From Octopus sinensis (lineage: Eukaryota): a DNA stretch of 64,000 bases. The stretch covers positions 1,240,001 to 1,304,000 of the forward strand of contig NC_043001.1 in assembly GCF_006345805.1 (NCBI RefSeq), read 5' to 3'. Below are positions 26,283-40,990 of the stretch, one piece after another (within the stretch, counting starts at the first letter, position 1; the number at the start of each line of letters is the position of its first letter). Position numbers and translations under genes: made by a program. The notes under the pieces are model-generated. The model was not told the DNA's origin. It made no database searches and saw only the letters and a list, made by a program, of their open reading frames with translations.

Positions 26283-26976
26283 TACATATGTACATTATAT
26301 TTCATATTACTGAACTTATGTGGTCATACCTAGGTGCGTACCTGTGTGTACATCTGTGAACGAGAGAACATATTTCTAGCCTTGTGAGACAATTTTCAGG
26401 TAGCAACCCCAAGAGGGAACACACGTGCTAGAATTATGTTGAAATAAGGCTGGAATTACATTCCCAGAGCTGAATTCATGTATTAATAATGCATGACAAG
26501 AATTTTATGTAATTAAATCCATGGCATGAATTTATGTAGTTATTCTGGAGAACCTTAATGATCCCCACTTGGTGAGGCAGGGTTACAAAGAACAATAGCT
26601 TCATATTAATTCATGTGCTCTATAATTTCTTGCACAACACACACATATATACACATAAATACACATATATAGGTACATATACGCATACAACTATTGTGTG
26701 TGTATACAACGGGCTTCTTTCAGTTTCCATCTATCAAATTCACCCATAAGGTCTCGATTTTCCTGAAGTTATAGTAGAAGATATTTGCTTCAAGTGCCAT
26801 GCAGTGGGATTGAACCCAGAAGCACATGGCTGGAAAAGTGAGGATCTTAATCATACAGCCTTTTTTGTTTTTTGCCTCTACCCATGCAGTCACTGATCTA
26901 ATAAAATAGAAACATTGTTGTTCCTAAATCTCTCAACGAGAGATATTCAGTAGCAGCACTTTAAAGTAACGATTTT

Positions 26977-27273
26977 TTGCCAACCCTAATGTGGCAGTCC
27001 TGTTTAGAGGCAAATGCTTCTGTTGTTTAGCCCTGGGAGTCATTTAGAAAATTATATTTTCAAATGGGTGTTTAGCAGCACCATCTCAGCCGAAGAGTTA
27101 TTCTGTGCCAACGAAGGCAAATAACCCTGAAACTGTATGGTACACAGATAATACTTTGTGGTGGGTGGGGGGACTCAAATCATGCATCATATAGCCAGCT
27201 GGAGACAATGTCCTCTGGGGCTAAACAACAGCAGCATTCACCCCAAAATCAGACTGCCAGATTAGGTTGGCAA
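26977..27273. repeat. Diverged fold-back element with inverted arms
   Basis: ttgccaaccctaatgtggcagtc...ctgttgtttagccc (26977-27043) is inverted relative to gggctaaacaacag...gactgccagattaggttggcaa (27206-27273); related fragment near 14860-14910. Confidence 0.65.
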
Positions 27274-27349
27274 CGAAAACCATACATCATATATATATAT
27301 ATATAATAAATGCATGATGGCATGGGTAGAGGCAAAAAAAATGGCTGTA

Positions 27350-27386
<37 letters not shown>

Positions 27387-27654
27387 TTGTTCACTCCAAC
27401 TTATTCAATTATTTATTCACACACTACAGAAGCCCAAACACAAACCTGGAACTACGTATAATACTGCTCCTGGATAGCACGGGGTGAAATCTGAAGGTCA
27501 ACAAGCTTTATACTGTACTGTACTACATTCTTAATTGAATATAGCATAACTATATATATATATATGTATATATACACACATACACACACACATATATATC
27601 TATGTAGACAGATAGATAGATAAAAATATATTCCAAAATGTAACTACATGTAGA

Positions 27655-27830
27655 TTGCTGGCAATTTTTTTCCCCCCATCTTACTTTTCTCTTGGCCTTT
27701 CCTCCTTTTCTGAAGGAGAACTTTTCTCAAAACGTAAAACACCCTTTCTTCCCTTCCCTGAGTGTCTTTTGATACTTTGCATATACCACGTCCTTGCATT
27801 GTTGCTTGTTCTTGCGTTTTTTTTCGTTTT
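27655..27830 (+). repeat. Pyrimidine-rich pLTR-like repeat with degenerate hammerhead (27706-27739)
   Basis: tttt-ctgaag-gagaacttttctc-aaaa-cg-ta-aaa; related motifs at 34364-34387 and 47027-47057. Confidence 0.5.
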
Positions 27831-27870
<40 letters not shown>

Positions 27871-28468
27871 TATATGTATATATATATATATGCATATATT
27901 TGTGATACTGTCTCCTCTTCTTCCACCTTTTAGTTACATTGCCTTGAACACACAGAGACAATGTCTGTCAAGCTATGAAGACCCTTTAGTAATAGTTAAG
28001 GCTACCTCACTAGTGCTGGTGCCAAGATACAGTACATGCAATACAAAATGGTTGTCATTAGGAAGGGCATCCAGCTATAGGAATATGTCAAAAATGACAT
28101 GCATGATTGAGTCATGGTCTCTGACTATCAAAAGGCCAACAACTTTGTATAGAAACTGAGTTTGTGTTTGACAAATTGTCCAATCCATGCCAACATGGAA
28201 AGCAAAGGTAAAATGATGATGATGAAAATATATGAAAATTTACAGGTCAATTGGCAGCGAAATATCAGAAAGTGTTAGATTCAGTTCAACAGTTTTTGAT
28301 TAATGCTTTGGAAAATTTTCATGAAATGAAAATGCAATGGAAATATTCTCTTACACTTACGTTATTGTTCATAGGAAATTTTACTCATGCGTTATCAGTC
28401 AATGATCATTATGCTTCTCACACACACACACATGTATGCATACATATGTAGAGGCTAATATGTTTGTT

Positions 28469-28514
<46 letters not shown>

Positions 28515-29159
28515 CACATATATATATGTATGTGTAATATTTATGTGTGTATATATACATATAAAAACTATATATATGCATGTGTGTGTGTAATGTATGT
28601 ATCTGTGTGGATGTGTGTGTTTGCATATACATATATGTATTTGTATGTCTCTATAAAAATGTGCCTATATGTCTATGATGTCATATATATACACATGCAT
28701 GTAAGTATGTCTACAATGTCATAAATATATATGGATAAACATACATGGCTACCCTTGTTTATTACAAACATACGTACCTGCATAAATTAACAAATTTTAT
28801 TGGCACATTAGAAAGACGTTCCTGATTGTGTGTCAGGTCTAAATCACCAACATTAACATACATGCAACCAGACAATGCATTCGAGTTAAAGAGCCTCATA
28901 CACACACACACACACACACAGCTATATAATTGCAGAGGAGCATATACACATATTGCAACACACTTGTAGTCACATGAAGATAAGGATATACACATATATG
29001 AACACTGACACACACACACACACATTGTTATATGACTGTAGATAAGAGAGGGGAACAACTCACTGATTATCATAAATGGAATATTCAATCTGTTCAGCTA
29101 ATGTCACTATCTCAGCAAGAATTTATCGAGAGATGTATCATTACACACACATACACATC

Positions 29160-29201
<42 letters not shown>

Positions 29202-32200
29202 ATTATATATTTCTATTTCTATATACATCTTCATCCATTCTTTGCTGAGGTTTCATGCCATAAAACCGCCATGTCTTTAATTTCTTTTACATTCTTTATA
29301 AGTTGATTGTAGAATAAAATGTACAGTATGCATCAAATACTATTTTCTCTCATCTGTACACACACACACATGCATACACACACATGCATGCATACACACA
29401 CATACATGCACACACACATGCACACAAACTGTATGGGGACTAAGAATTCTGGGTTAATGCCTGGCACACTTCTGAAGTGACTAAACCCGAGGCACTTAAC
29501 CCTTTTAAGAGTGTGTCTCTAAGTTACCCTTATTGTGCAGGGAATGGGAATCTTCAGCATCAGTTTAGATCCATAATATTCCACATATCTGAAAATGTTA
29601 CCTTTAATGACACCTGATGTTTCACCTCAGCTTGTCTTTAGACGATGCTTGTTAAGCGCCGAGGGTCTGTGAGATGTTATGCAGGTGTTAGTGCCCCTAA
29701 AATTACACATAAGCATTGCTAGTTTAAAAATTTGAATCAGTAATGGTTTTTCTTTGTCCATCACTAAAAACTATTATGAGATGTTGGATATGTGAGGAGC
29801 TATGATGTCTTCCAAGAGCTGCCATTTTGCCATCTAGATGACAATATAGCTGCCTAAAGATTAAGAGAAGCATGCCTGCAGTCAATTCTCTTGTTTAAAA
29901 GATTGAGTGCAATAACTGCAAACCTTCATCTGGAGACTTAGATATTTTTTTCTTCATAAATCTATTGAGAGATAAACACAGAGGACCATTTTTAGCAGAC
30001 ACTGAAGCATATTTAGCAGACAGTAAGGAATACTCAACTTCTAAAAATACAGAATCCATGGAAACCAGACATTGTTGATGCCAACAAGAATTTATACACT
30101 GAATTCGATGAGTTTAAATATTTTCAATTTTTATTGAAAGAAGAAAAAGAAAATAATGTTTCAAGACCAAAAGGAAAGAGATTTTCAAATCTGACGCACA
30201 AACTCACTCTCATACAAACACAAAGATAAATATTCCAAGAAAGCAAACGAAGACTCTATAAAATTGCTCAATCTGTTAGAAATAGCAGCACCAATTCTTC
30301 TACATCACCCTCTGCTATCCATGAAAAGAAAGGCTATACAGTGGATAATGTAGTCTTGGATATTCTAGGTGGGGTCGGGAGTATCTTCATTGGTTTGGGT
30401 CAACCATTTTTCTACATTCCTGTATTTAGGTATGGAAAAGGATTTTGAGGAAGATTAGCCATTTTTCATGCAAATCTTCCTTTTCGAGATGTTTGTTGTG
30501 CAAAAGAAATGCTACCATTTTAGAATTGGTAAAGCTTTGAACCAGTGGTGCCCTAGGCATTGAATTCAAAGCACAAGGCATCAATCCAGCCCTCAAACAG
30601 TTTAGTATCTTTTATTGATACAATTTTATGGACTCTGAAGCGATAAAAGACAAGCTTGACCTTGGTAGAGTTTGAACTCAAATCATGGAGAATTGGAATA
30701 GATACCGTAAGGCATTATATCCAGCACTAACAACTCTGCCAGTTCACTGAACATACAATGTCTGTAAAAAAAGGTCAGATGGTCATGGGTGGAACACTTT
30801 AATCAATTGGGGTTAAATAAACACACATTCTTAGTTTTCTAAAAGAACACTGAGGCATGATATACAAAAAGAAAAGGAAAATAAATGCCTTAGAAACAGT
30901 GGCACTATAAAAGAGATTCCCGTTATCCGAAATGAAAGCCTCCTTCTGGAACATACATTATAATGAAGACAATAATAAAATATAGGAACTAAAGAGAAAA
31001 TGCCATTGTCTAGAAAAGAAAACAATAAAGACCGTGGTGCTGGTGAGAATTTTCTTTGCCCCATTAACATGAAATGGCAGAAGAAGAGATAAAAAGCTGT
31101 AAGAATGAGACACAGTGTGGACAATTAATGCCAAGCTTGGAATTTATACCCGAGTTGTTATTTCACATTTAGTCAACTGTGAATTTGGTTATGGAATCAC
31201 ACTTCCATGCATACACAAACTTTGAAGACATTTAGATTTTCAAGACAAATGATGATGATAAATTGGTGTTTTACAGACCAAAGTCCATTATTAGGAATTT
31301 GAAGGAAAACAAATCACAATAAAAGCAAAAACAAAAACCAAAAAAAAGAAAAAAGATTCTGTAGTTTACTTTAAGCTTTCTTATTGACCTATAAGTAAAC
31401 AATAAAAAAAGGAGTGATGAAAGAACTTCACAATGCTCAAATAAATTTATTCACTCTTGTAGCTTTAAAAAATTTTTCATTTCACCATTAAGGCTTAGGA
31501 AAGGCTGAACAAATTTATTTATTTTTAACATTGTCATGGTTTTCGGCATTCTTGTTTATTGGAGAAAGGAAAAAAAATTCCTTAATAGCTTTTAGAAGGG
31601 TTTAACTTAGTTTAACTGTAACATAATTGAATTGATTTTAACAAGAGTGCAAATAATCTGTGTTGTTAAAATGTTTGATTTGCAACCGAGTGCTTCTGGG
31701 TTCAATTCTACAGTATGGTAATTTGTGCAAATGTTTTCTATCATAACTTTGGTTGATTAATGCCTGTGAGTGGAATTTAGTAGAGAGAAACCATGTTGAT
31801 GCCTGCCATATACATGTGTATGTGTGTGTGTGTATATGTTTTGATAATGAATACTTGTAAAAGATGGAAGTATTGGTGATAAACCAAATAAACTGGTGCT
31901 TTCAAATGGAAATCCCTTGTGTAGTGTTTGTTCCGCACAAGTTTCACAGACATTCCTTTGTAATTTTCTCAATCATGAATGGAGCAAACCACTTATTGGT
32001 TCATTGGAAAATTGTAATCAACCAAAAAATGTACGATTCAAACTGTGATATAAAGAGAAAAACCATTAGCTCCAATGTGGCAAAGTCTTTACAGGGGCAA
32101 CAAGTTCTTGGCTAGCCCTGCATTTATCTTTTAACTCCTTGCTGTAGATTTTCATTCTCAGTTCAAATCTATCTAAAGTCAGCTTTGCCTTTCATCATTT

Positions 32201-32214
32201 GAGGGTAGACAAAG

Positions 32215-32798
32215 TACCAGTCATGTACTGGGAGTGCTGGTGGCACGTAAAAAGCACCATTCGAACGTGGCTGATGCCAGTGCTGCCTTGACTGGCTTCC
32301 GAGCCAGTGGCACGTAAAAAGCACCAATCCGATTGTGGCCATTGCCAGCCTCGCTTGGCACCTGTGCCACTGGCATGTAAAAAGCACCCACAACACTCAT
32401 GGAGTGGTTGGTGCTAGGAAGGGCATCCAGCTGTAGAAACACTGCCAGATCAGACTGGAGCCTGGTGCAGCCTTCTGGCTTCCCAGATCCCGGTCGAACC
32501 ATCCAACCCATGCTAGCATTGAGAACGGACGTTAAATGATGATGATGATCAAAGACATGAATAGAATAATAAAAGAAGATTGAATTTCATCATTAACTGA
32601 CCATTATAATCTCTAATTTCCCTTTATGCCCGTAGCATCAGTTTAATTCCCATTTTTCCATGTTTGCATGGATCAGATGAGAATAGTTTAGAGTAGAGAT
32701 TTTCTATAGTTGGATGCCTTTCCTACAACTCCACCCCTGATGTCCCCTCTTGTTTCTAAGAAAGGTATAATCTCCCAGTTTATCCAAGCAACAAATGG

Positions 32799-32853
<55 letters not shown>

Positions 32854-33083
32854 CACCATTTTCGAGCATGGCTGTTGCCAGTACTGCCAGACTGGCCCTC
32901 GTGCTGGTGGCACTTTAAAAGCACCCACTACACTCTCGGAGTGGTTGGTGTTAGGAAGGGCATCCAGCTGTAAAAACTCTGCCAGATCAGATTGGAGCCT
33001 GGTGCAGCCATCTGGTTTGCCAGCCCTCAGTCAAATCATCCAACCCATGCTAGCATGGAAAGCGGATGTTAAACGATGATGAT
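32215..33083 (+). mobile_element. Two RTE-type 3' tails (32215-32550 and 32870-33083)
   Basis: gtggcacgtaaaaagcacc subrepeats, ttaggaagggcatccagctgtag, catgctagcat...cggacgttaaa(tga)n. Confidence 0.8.
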
Positions 33084-33109
33084 ATATACATATATACATA
33101 TATATATAT

Positions 33110-34084
33110 GATGATTCCAAGCTACAGAAGGTCATAAATGAGGCGAGTGACCGGACATGCCTTCAGTCAGATCTACTGGCTGTTATCCAATGGGCGGAAA
33201 AAAACAATATGCTGCTGAACGAGGATAAATTTGAGTTAATCCGCTTTGGAAAAGAGGATGCCCTGAAACTCCCATACTCCCTTCCTTCAGGTGAAACTCT
33301 CGTGGCATCCAACAACATCAGAGACTTGGGAGTAATTGTGGACAACAACATAAGCTGGGCCACTCATATAAACACCAAAGTTGACATGGCCCGCAGAATG
33401 TGTTCCTGGATTCTCAGAACTTTCCAGTCGAGAGATATCCACACCATTATCCTTCTCTTCTCCACTTTTGCCTGACCCCACCGTGAATACTGTTGTCCAC
33501 TGTGGTCTCCCCACACAAAACAAAGTATCATCAAAAGTTGAAGCACCTCAAAGGGCAATCACAAAAAGATAGATGGCATGACAGGCCTCGACTATTGGGG
33601 TCGACTAGAAAAGCTAAAACTTTATACTCTCCAACGTCGTCGTGAGCGCTACATCATCTGCATGATGTGGAAAAAATATTCCATCAGCATTGCCCAAATG
33701 CTGGTTGGTCATCACCTTTAAGGTACATCCAAGGCTTGGGCCCCGTGCCATCCGCCCAAAACAAAAATCGCACTCTCATCTCATAACAACAATACGGCAC
33801 AATTATTTCACCTCAATTGGCTCCGCTCTCTTTAACATTACACCAAAACCACATCTTAAAAACAGAAACAGACCCTATAGAGTTCAAGAAGTCTTTGGAC
33901 AGATTCCTTCAAGAAATCCCCGATAAACCCCTACACCCGGATTGTCTCTGTAAACAATAACTCTCTACTTGAGTGGGCCATAGTGCCCAAATTCTGACTT
34001 GAAAGACTTCACCAGGTGGTGCTATTAAGTTAGACATGGTCTGGGCCAATAATGGCCGAAACCTATCAATATCAAGTATCAAAG
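33110..34084 (+). mobile_element. CR1/L2-group LINE, 5'-truncated at the RT catalytic DD
   Basis: DDSKLQKVI...DLLAVIQWAEKNNMLLNEDKF...IRDLGVIVDNNISW..HIN...PH.EYCCPLWSPH...VEAPQRAITK...RLEKLKLYTLQRRRER; stops and frameshifts. Confidence 0.85.
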
Positions 34085-34285
34085 TATATATATACATATA
34101 TATACATATATATATACATATATATATATACATATATATATATACATATACATATATATATATACATATATATATACATATACATATAATATATATATAC
34201 ATATACATATATATATACATATACATATATACATATATATATATATACATGTATATGTATATACATATATATGTATATACATGTG

Positions 34286-34358
<73 letters not shown>

Positions 34359-34478
34359 GCAGCGAGCGTAGGCTCGAAACGTAAAAGACTTTTTCTATTC
34401 CTGAGCGTTATATTAATACATCTGTTTGTTTTGTACACCACCTGTCTTCGTCTTTTGTTTTTTTTGTAAACTCTCCCT

Positions 34479-34546
<68 letters not shown>

Positions 34547-35084
34547 TTTATATACATACATATATATATACATACATATATATATATACATACATATATA
34601 TATATATATGCATACATATACATATATATATACATACATATACATATATATATATATGACAAGCTTCTTTCAGTTTTTGTCTATTAAATCTATGCACATG
34701 GCTTTGAAACATCCAGGGCTAAAGCTGAAGACACTTGTCCAAGGTGCACCACAGTGGAACCGAATTTGAAACTATGTAATTGCAAAGCAAGCATTTTTGC
34801 CTCACAGTTATGTCTGCACTTACACAAGCATGCACATGCATACACACACACATAAAGAGCTTGTTTACATGAGTGAAACACACAAGCATGGTCTCAAAGA
34901 ATATCTTTCGCTGTTATAATCTAAAGAATTCTTGAAATTACAATACTGATTGATACCAAAGCATAAATGCTTCAAAAGTCAAAATCATGTCTACTTCAAA
35001 AGAAATTTCTCCCTTTCTGATAATTTCGTCTTTTTTTGGAATAATATAAGAAAATAAAATTTAAAGAAATTTTATGAAACTTAT

Positions 35085-35925
35085 ATCATCATCATCTTTA
35101 ACACCCACTTTCCCCGCTGGCATGGGTTGGACAGTTTGACTGAGGACTGGCAAGCTAGAAGGTTGCACCAGGCTCCTATCAGATCTGGCAAGGATTCTAC
35201 AGTGGATGCTCTTTCTAACGCTAACCACTCCAAGGGCGTAGTGGGTGCTTTTTATGTGCAACTGAGTAAGGGGCCAGTCAGGTGGTGATGGCATCAACCA
35301 TGCTTGAATGGTGCTTTTATGTGCCACTTGCACATGAGCCAGTCAGACGGTACTGGCATCGGCCATGACTATAATTTCACTTGATTCAACAGGTCTTCTC
35401 AAGCACAGCATATTGCCCGACGTTTGAAGGGTGCTTTTAAACAGGCCAATTATGCAACACTGGCAGAGCCCATGGCTACAGTATATCTCCAAAGGTCACT
35501 TGCCATTGCCTCTGTGAGGTCCAATATTCAAAAGTCATGCTTCACTACCTCATCCCATGTCTTCATGGGTCTACCTCTTCCACAGGTTCCTGCCACCGCT
35601 GGCGGACTGGCCAGGTTGTCAGCTTGCCCAATGGCAAGTGGGCCCCTGTGCCATTAGAATCCATATATGGGGGCCTATGTTAGTATCTAAGGGGCCGATC
35701 CCCTCAAGTTTGAGAATTTTTTATTCACTCCTCGAAGAATTCATTAATTATTTCAGCTTGGCTGTGTTTGTAGACAGTTGTATACACACTGACATTACAC
35801 ATCCAGTGGGACATACTAGCTTCATTTCTTTCAAGACTACGCATGTCTTCAGCAGTCACAGCCCATGATTCACTGCCATGTAACATGGCTGCTTGTAGAC
35901 ATGCACCATACAGTCTACCTTTCAT
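35085..35925 (-). mobile_element. Older RTE-LINE 3' fragment with internal deletion
   Basis: GRLYGACLQAAMLHGSESWAVTAEDMRSLERNEASM..WMCNVS, GRGRP.KTW-type C-terminus and RTE tail. Confidence 0.8.
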
Positions 35926-35948
35926 TATATATATATATATATACACAC

Positions 35949-36325
35949 GGAGGCGCAATGGCCCAGTGGTTAGGGCAGTGGACTCGCGGTCATAGGATTG
36001 CTGTTTCGATTCCCAGACCGGGCGTTGTGAGTGTTTATTGAGCGAAAACACCTAAGCACCACGAGGCTCCGGCAGGGTATGGTGGTGATCCCTGCTGTAC
36101 TCTTTCACCACAACTTTCTCTCACTCTTACTTCCTGTTTCTGTTGTACCTGTATTTCAAGGGGCCGGCCTTGTCACTCTCTGTGTCACGCTGAATATCCC
36201 CGAGAACTACGTTAAGGGTACATGTGTCTGTGGAGTGCTCAGCCACTTACACGTTAATTTCATGAGCAGGCTGTTCCATTGATTTGGATCAACCGGAACC
36301 CTCATCGTCGTAACCGACGGAGTGC
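35949..36325 (+). mobile_element. tRNA-derived SINE (second family)
   Basis: ggaggcgcaatggcccagtggttaggg (A box) ... gtttcgattccc (B box), followed by a non-tRNA body. Confidence 0.85.
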
Positions 36326-37527
36326 TTCCTTATATATACACACACACACATATATATACACTTATATACATTAGTGTTTGTTTTATGTTCAGTTATAATG
36401 AAACAAATTTCACATTTCTGATGGGTTACTCTATACTTTTGTATAGAGTACAAATTTATAATTAAGCAAGAAAATTATTGACAGTGACTTTAACCCATCA
36501 TTGACAATGGCTTAACAGGTTAAACCCTCGAAGTCACTGTTGATAATATTCTTGCTTAAGAATAATACACACACACACATATATATACATATATATATAT
36601 ATCATGTGGTCTTGTGATTGACCAGACTATTTGATGTTGTCATATACCACTGGTCCCAATGCACTTCACATCATTTTAGCCCTCAAATGATGCCACTCAG
36701 CTAGATAGGTGAGAAGGCCAACATCATTCACTGATTGAAAGAGGGGTTGGAACAATGGGAAATGAAGAGCTGTGACCATGAGTGCAACAACCTAACCACT
36801 AGGCCACGCATCATCATACACCACACACATATATGTATATTGTGTGCGTACACTTCAGGAATTGATCTTAGGAGGATTAGCAAAGCTGTTGTTCTAACAA
36901 TTTTGCCAAACCATTAGCAGTAACTTGCAACCTATGTTGAGATTTGTGTTGCTTTTATGGTTGTTCTGTAATTTGTCTTTTAACAACTTGACAGACGAAT
37001 AGAGATGGAGAAATATGCATTTATTTGTTCTCTTTTGTGCCATGTAATGACAAGACAAAAGGGTTAATAAAACAGCCTATAAAAATTAAATATTTGTTCC
37101 ATAGAGTTACATGAGGCCACTGACACAATGTTAACAAATTAAAACAAAAGAAATATTAAAAAAAAAAAAGAAAGCAAATGAACAAAATGAATGGCTTTCT
37201 TTTATTAAAATTCGAAATTTATTTTAATGTCCTTCTCCAAATGAAATGATTGTGAGAATCAAAATATCTAATGAAGTATGTAAAAGTAATTGAATAATTT
37301 GCTTCAAGTGTTAAACGGTTCTGTCATTAGCAAGAAGACAATGTAATCTCAAGCTAGAATAAGTCAAAATTGATCAACTATGTGAGCAGTTTCAACTATT
37401 ATGCAGCTTGATTTAATGTTAACAGGAAATAAATATTTATCACATCCTATTCTGATGGGATTCTCTTCTGTAGCCATCAACAATGACCAGGAATATTACC
37501 AATACTTTCTCCATTGACACATTATAG

Positions 37528-37959
37528 ACACAAATAGTCGTAGTAGCCATGAAGTGGAAGCAGAAATATTTTCTTTCAAAGAGTTTGAACAGAAATTAAC
37601 ATTGATGAAATTGATTGATAATATGGCAGAGAAGGGTGGGTACGAGGGGCTGTCGTTGGCTTCGGCTTCAATTGACCAATACCACAAATACAAACTGATC
37701 AATCAGTGCAGCTTATCTTGCATGTCTAGCACTACTCAACACATTGATTCCAAGTTACACTTTTAACTGCACCCTCTACTCTGTTAAATGTCTTAACACA
37801 AACTTAACTACTGTTTTTCAGGCAGAGGGTGTCTCTCAGCCGATGATTCTCAAAAATTGCTTTGTTTGGTGAAAATGGTAAAACTTGTGAAGTTCATGGA
37901 AGAGTTTCCTCCTGCTTACCAAACTTGGATGAAGTGTGAGCAACTGTTCTATAACAAAG
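37528..37959 (+). other. Two possible phase-1/phase-1 coding exons (37528-37635 and 37822-37959), unrecognised product
   Basis: AG/GT boundaries, lengths 108 and 138 nt, splice in frame to DTNSRSSHEVEAEIFSFKEFEQKLTLMKLIDNMAEKGRGCLSADDSQKLLCLVKMVKLVKFMEEFPPAYQTWMKCEQLFYNK; no homology recognised. Confidence 0.15.
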
Positions 37960-39413
37960 GTGTGAATTGACCAAAACTTTGGCAGTGAAATTGGTCAATG
38001 GAATCTGAATCTAAAGAAGACATTTTGTGGGTGTGAGAGAGAGAGAGATTGCATGGCTGTGGGAGCTAAGAAGTTTGCCTCCCTGCTATATGGCTTTCTG
38101 TGCAGTCCCACAGCATAGAATCAGGGGGGGGAGTGTCTTTTAATGTAGCCCCAGGCTGACCAAAGCTTTGTGAGTGGTTTTAGCGGACAAAAACTAAAAT
38201 AAGTCTGTTGTCCCCCCCCCCACCATGCACACACACACACGTGCACCTGCATGTGTGTGTGTGTGTGTTGTGTACACTTGTTTGTTTGGTCTTTGTAAAC
38301 AAAAAACTTGTTCAGTGTTGTTTGTTCCCAGTTCTCCACCTAAACATATCCAGGTCATTTGTAGTTCAATTACAAGAAAAAAAAAAAAGGGACGCGCCAA
38401 TGGTCCTTCTTAAGCTGTAGACTCATAAGGCCAGTTTCCCAGATTCTGTGATGCCTATATTCTTCCCCACCCAGGACAGGATGCTAGTCCATCACAGGGT
38501 TCACTTAGTTTCACCAGCTGAGGGAGTTGGAGCAGCTGTGTGAAATGAAGGGTTTTGCTTAAGAACCCAATGCCTCACTAAGTCCAGGAACTTAAATCAC
38601 AATCTTATGGACATGAGTCCAACACCCTGACCCTAGGCCACGTACCTCCACTGCTGTTCAATAGACTGGTAGATTATTGTTTTGGAATGAAGAGGAGATT
38701 TGTGAGAAGAAAAGCATCTTGCTCTGCCCTACCTGACAAGAATGGTAAAGTAGATGTTAAAACCACAATGATCATCACCAACACCATCATCATCATCATG
38801 TAAGCCATGAGAGAAGAAGTCGATGATGAAAGGCAATTCCAACATAACCATCCCATCTTTTTTATTAATATCTAAGATTACATTACCCTCAATGTAGTCC
38901 TCAGGGAGAGTCAGCATGATACAGAATGAGGCAAGGCTGGTCCCCTTTGAATAACAGGTGCTACCCATTTTTGCCAGCAGAGTGGAATGGAGCAATGTGT
39001 CTTGCTCAAGGACACAATACCTCACTGGAAATCGAACTCATGACCTTATGATAGTGAGCTGAATCTCCTAACCACAAAGTCACGTGCCTTCACAGCCACT
39101 GAAGCAATCATGTTGAGTCACCTTCATTGAATCTTTATGAGTGAGTGTAGAAGACATGTAATGTGATGACACAATACTTGAGATATATTCATATGAATTT
39201 GTTGATGTATTCCAAATTGAACGATATCCAAAATGCCTCGATACTTGCACTAAAATATGAAACCACCCAGACATCTGTGAACATTAACAATGAAACAAAC
39301 TGATGTAGTTCAGCCATCGAGCTGAATATTGGGCGAAAAGTTCCAGAATGTTCCAACGATGTAATTTTAATAGCTTTTCTTAACTAACAACATCTATCTG
39401 TCTCCCCTTCTCT

Positions 39414-39451
<38 letters not shown>

Positions 39452-39952
39452 ACCAGTGTGTGCGTGCGTGTGTGTATATTTGTGCATCTCTTTCTCTCTC
39501 TCTTCATCTATCTTATCATTAAAAGGAAAGGATAACCTGAGGAAAGGAAGGCAACAATCGAAGAGGAAAGAGTGGGTGAAAGATGGAAGAGAGGGAAAAG
39601 AAAGTAAGGCTATCATAATGTAGAGAGAGAGAGAGAGAAAGAGAGAGAAAGAGGGAGAGAAAGAGGGAGAGAAAGAGGAAGAGAGAGAGAGAAAATAGAA
39701 AATGTATGAGAAATTAATGCAAGTGGAGAAAATGTGAGAAGAGTGTCAAAAAGTGTACACACATATACATATATATATGTATGTACGTGCACACAATATA
39801 GTTGTATATATATGCACACATGCACACACACACACACATATGTACCTATATAATTGCTAAAGTTGACTATTTTTACAATCGTTCAAGTTTCTCACCAAAG
39901 ACTATTTCACCTGATAGCAGATCAATGAAGTGTTTTGTTAATGTTCCTTCTC

Positions 39953-40014
<62 letters not shown>

Positions 40015-40769
40015 CACATGATGGAGTTCCGTTTTTTGCTTTTTGTTGGTCTTACCTTTACAGAATAGTAAACTTATATATATATATATATATATATATA
40101 ATCTTTATGAACACAGTAACCTATCTACACACAAGCACAGACATATATCCACCAGGAGACAGAGACAGACAGACAGACAGACAGACAGAAAATAGATATA
40201 GAGCTGAAAATAAGTGTGTTGAGAGGAGGGGAGGGCAAGGCTGGTTTTATATTCTTTCCGTGTAACCCAGCATCCAATGACAGGATGATATAAAGGAAAG
40301 GATTGTTGTGTTGTAGATTCATTGGCATATAATAAGGCTGCAATGTAAATAAATATTCTGCTCTCTCTTGTGACAAGGTCCTTAATCAAGTGCAGCTTTG
40401 TTGAAAACGATACCTATAATCCTAGACAGATAATGGATAATTTGCTCTTCTGTCTCCTCTTCGTCTCACTCCCTCTCCATCTCTCTTTACTGCTCTCGTA
40501 CATACAGATTAATAAATAATACATTATACATAAACACATTATGCTCTTGTATTAATACACATTACGTACTAAACAAATCAACTGCTGTCGGTTCTAACAA
40601 CAAGTATTCTCGTTGTTCAATCAGCCTCAACCACTTACTCATTGAATCATAATAGTTTATTCAAGTGAGTACCGGAGCACATGCTTGTACTCTTAATACC
40701 CGAGTACAGTCTGTCTGGCGGGCTTCCACACAACTTCCAGTCCTTAAGGATATAAGGATTCTTTGAATA

Positions 40770-40990
40770 ATGTCGTCTTGGGTACACTATGCCAACAGTA
40801 CAGATGAAATGGTCATGGATGGAACATCTTTGACCATTGATTTGCTCTATCAAAACCGACCAAGGATATGTCAATATGTAGTTTAACAAACCAACTAACA
40901 GAACAATGGTGGAAACTTCTCTTCGATGCTTCTACCAAATGCAGACTTAACAGGTCTGAAATAATTGTTTGGGACAGCAAAGAAATATAT
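40770..40990 (+). mobile_element. Degenerate R4/Dong-like RLE fragment
   Basis: EQWWKLLFDASTKCRLNRSEIIVWDSKE aligns by eye to EYWWNLLVKTPIKCKHNRPDIKIWDREE. Confidence 0.6.

Noticed and set aside
35949-36020. tRNA gene (also heads at 22840-22910, 58250-58312 and 5742-5785)
   Set aside because: A/B boxes are present but no complete cloverleaf or terminator; each continues into a repeat body, so these are SINE heads
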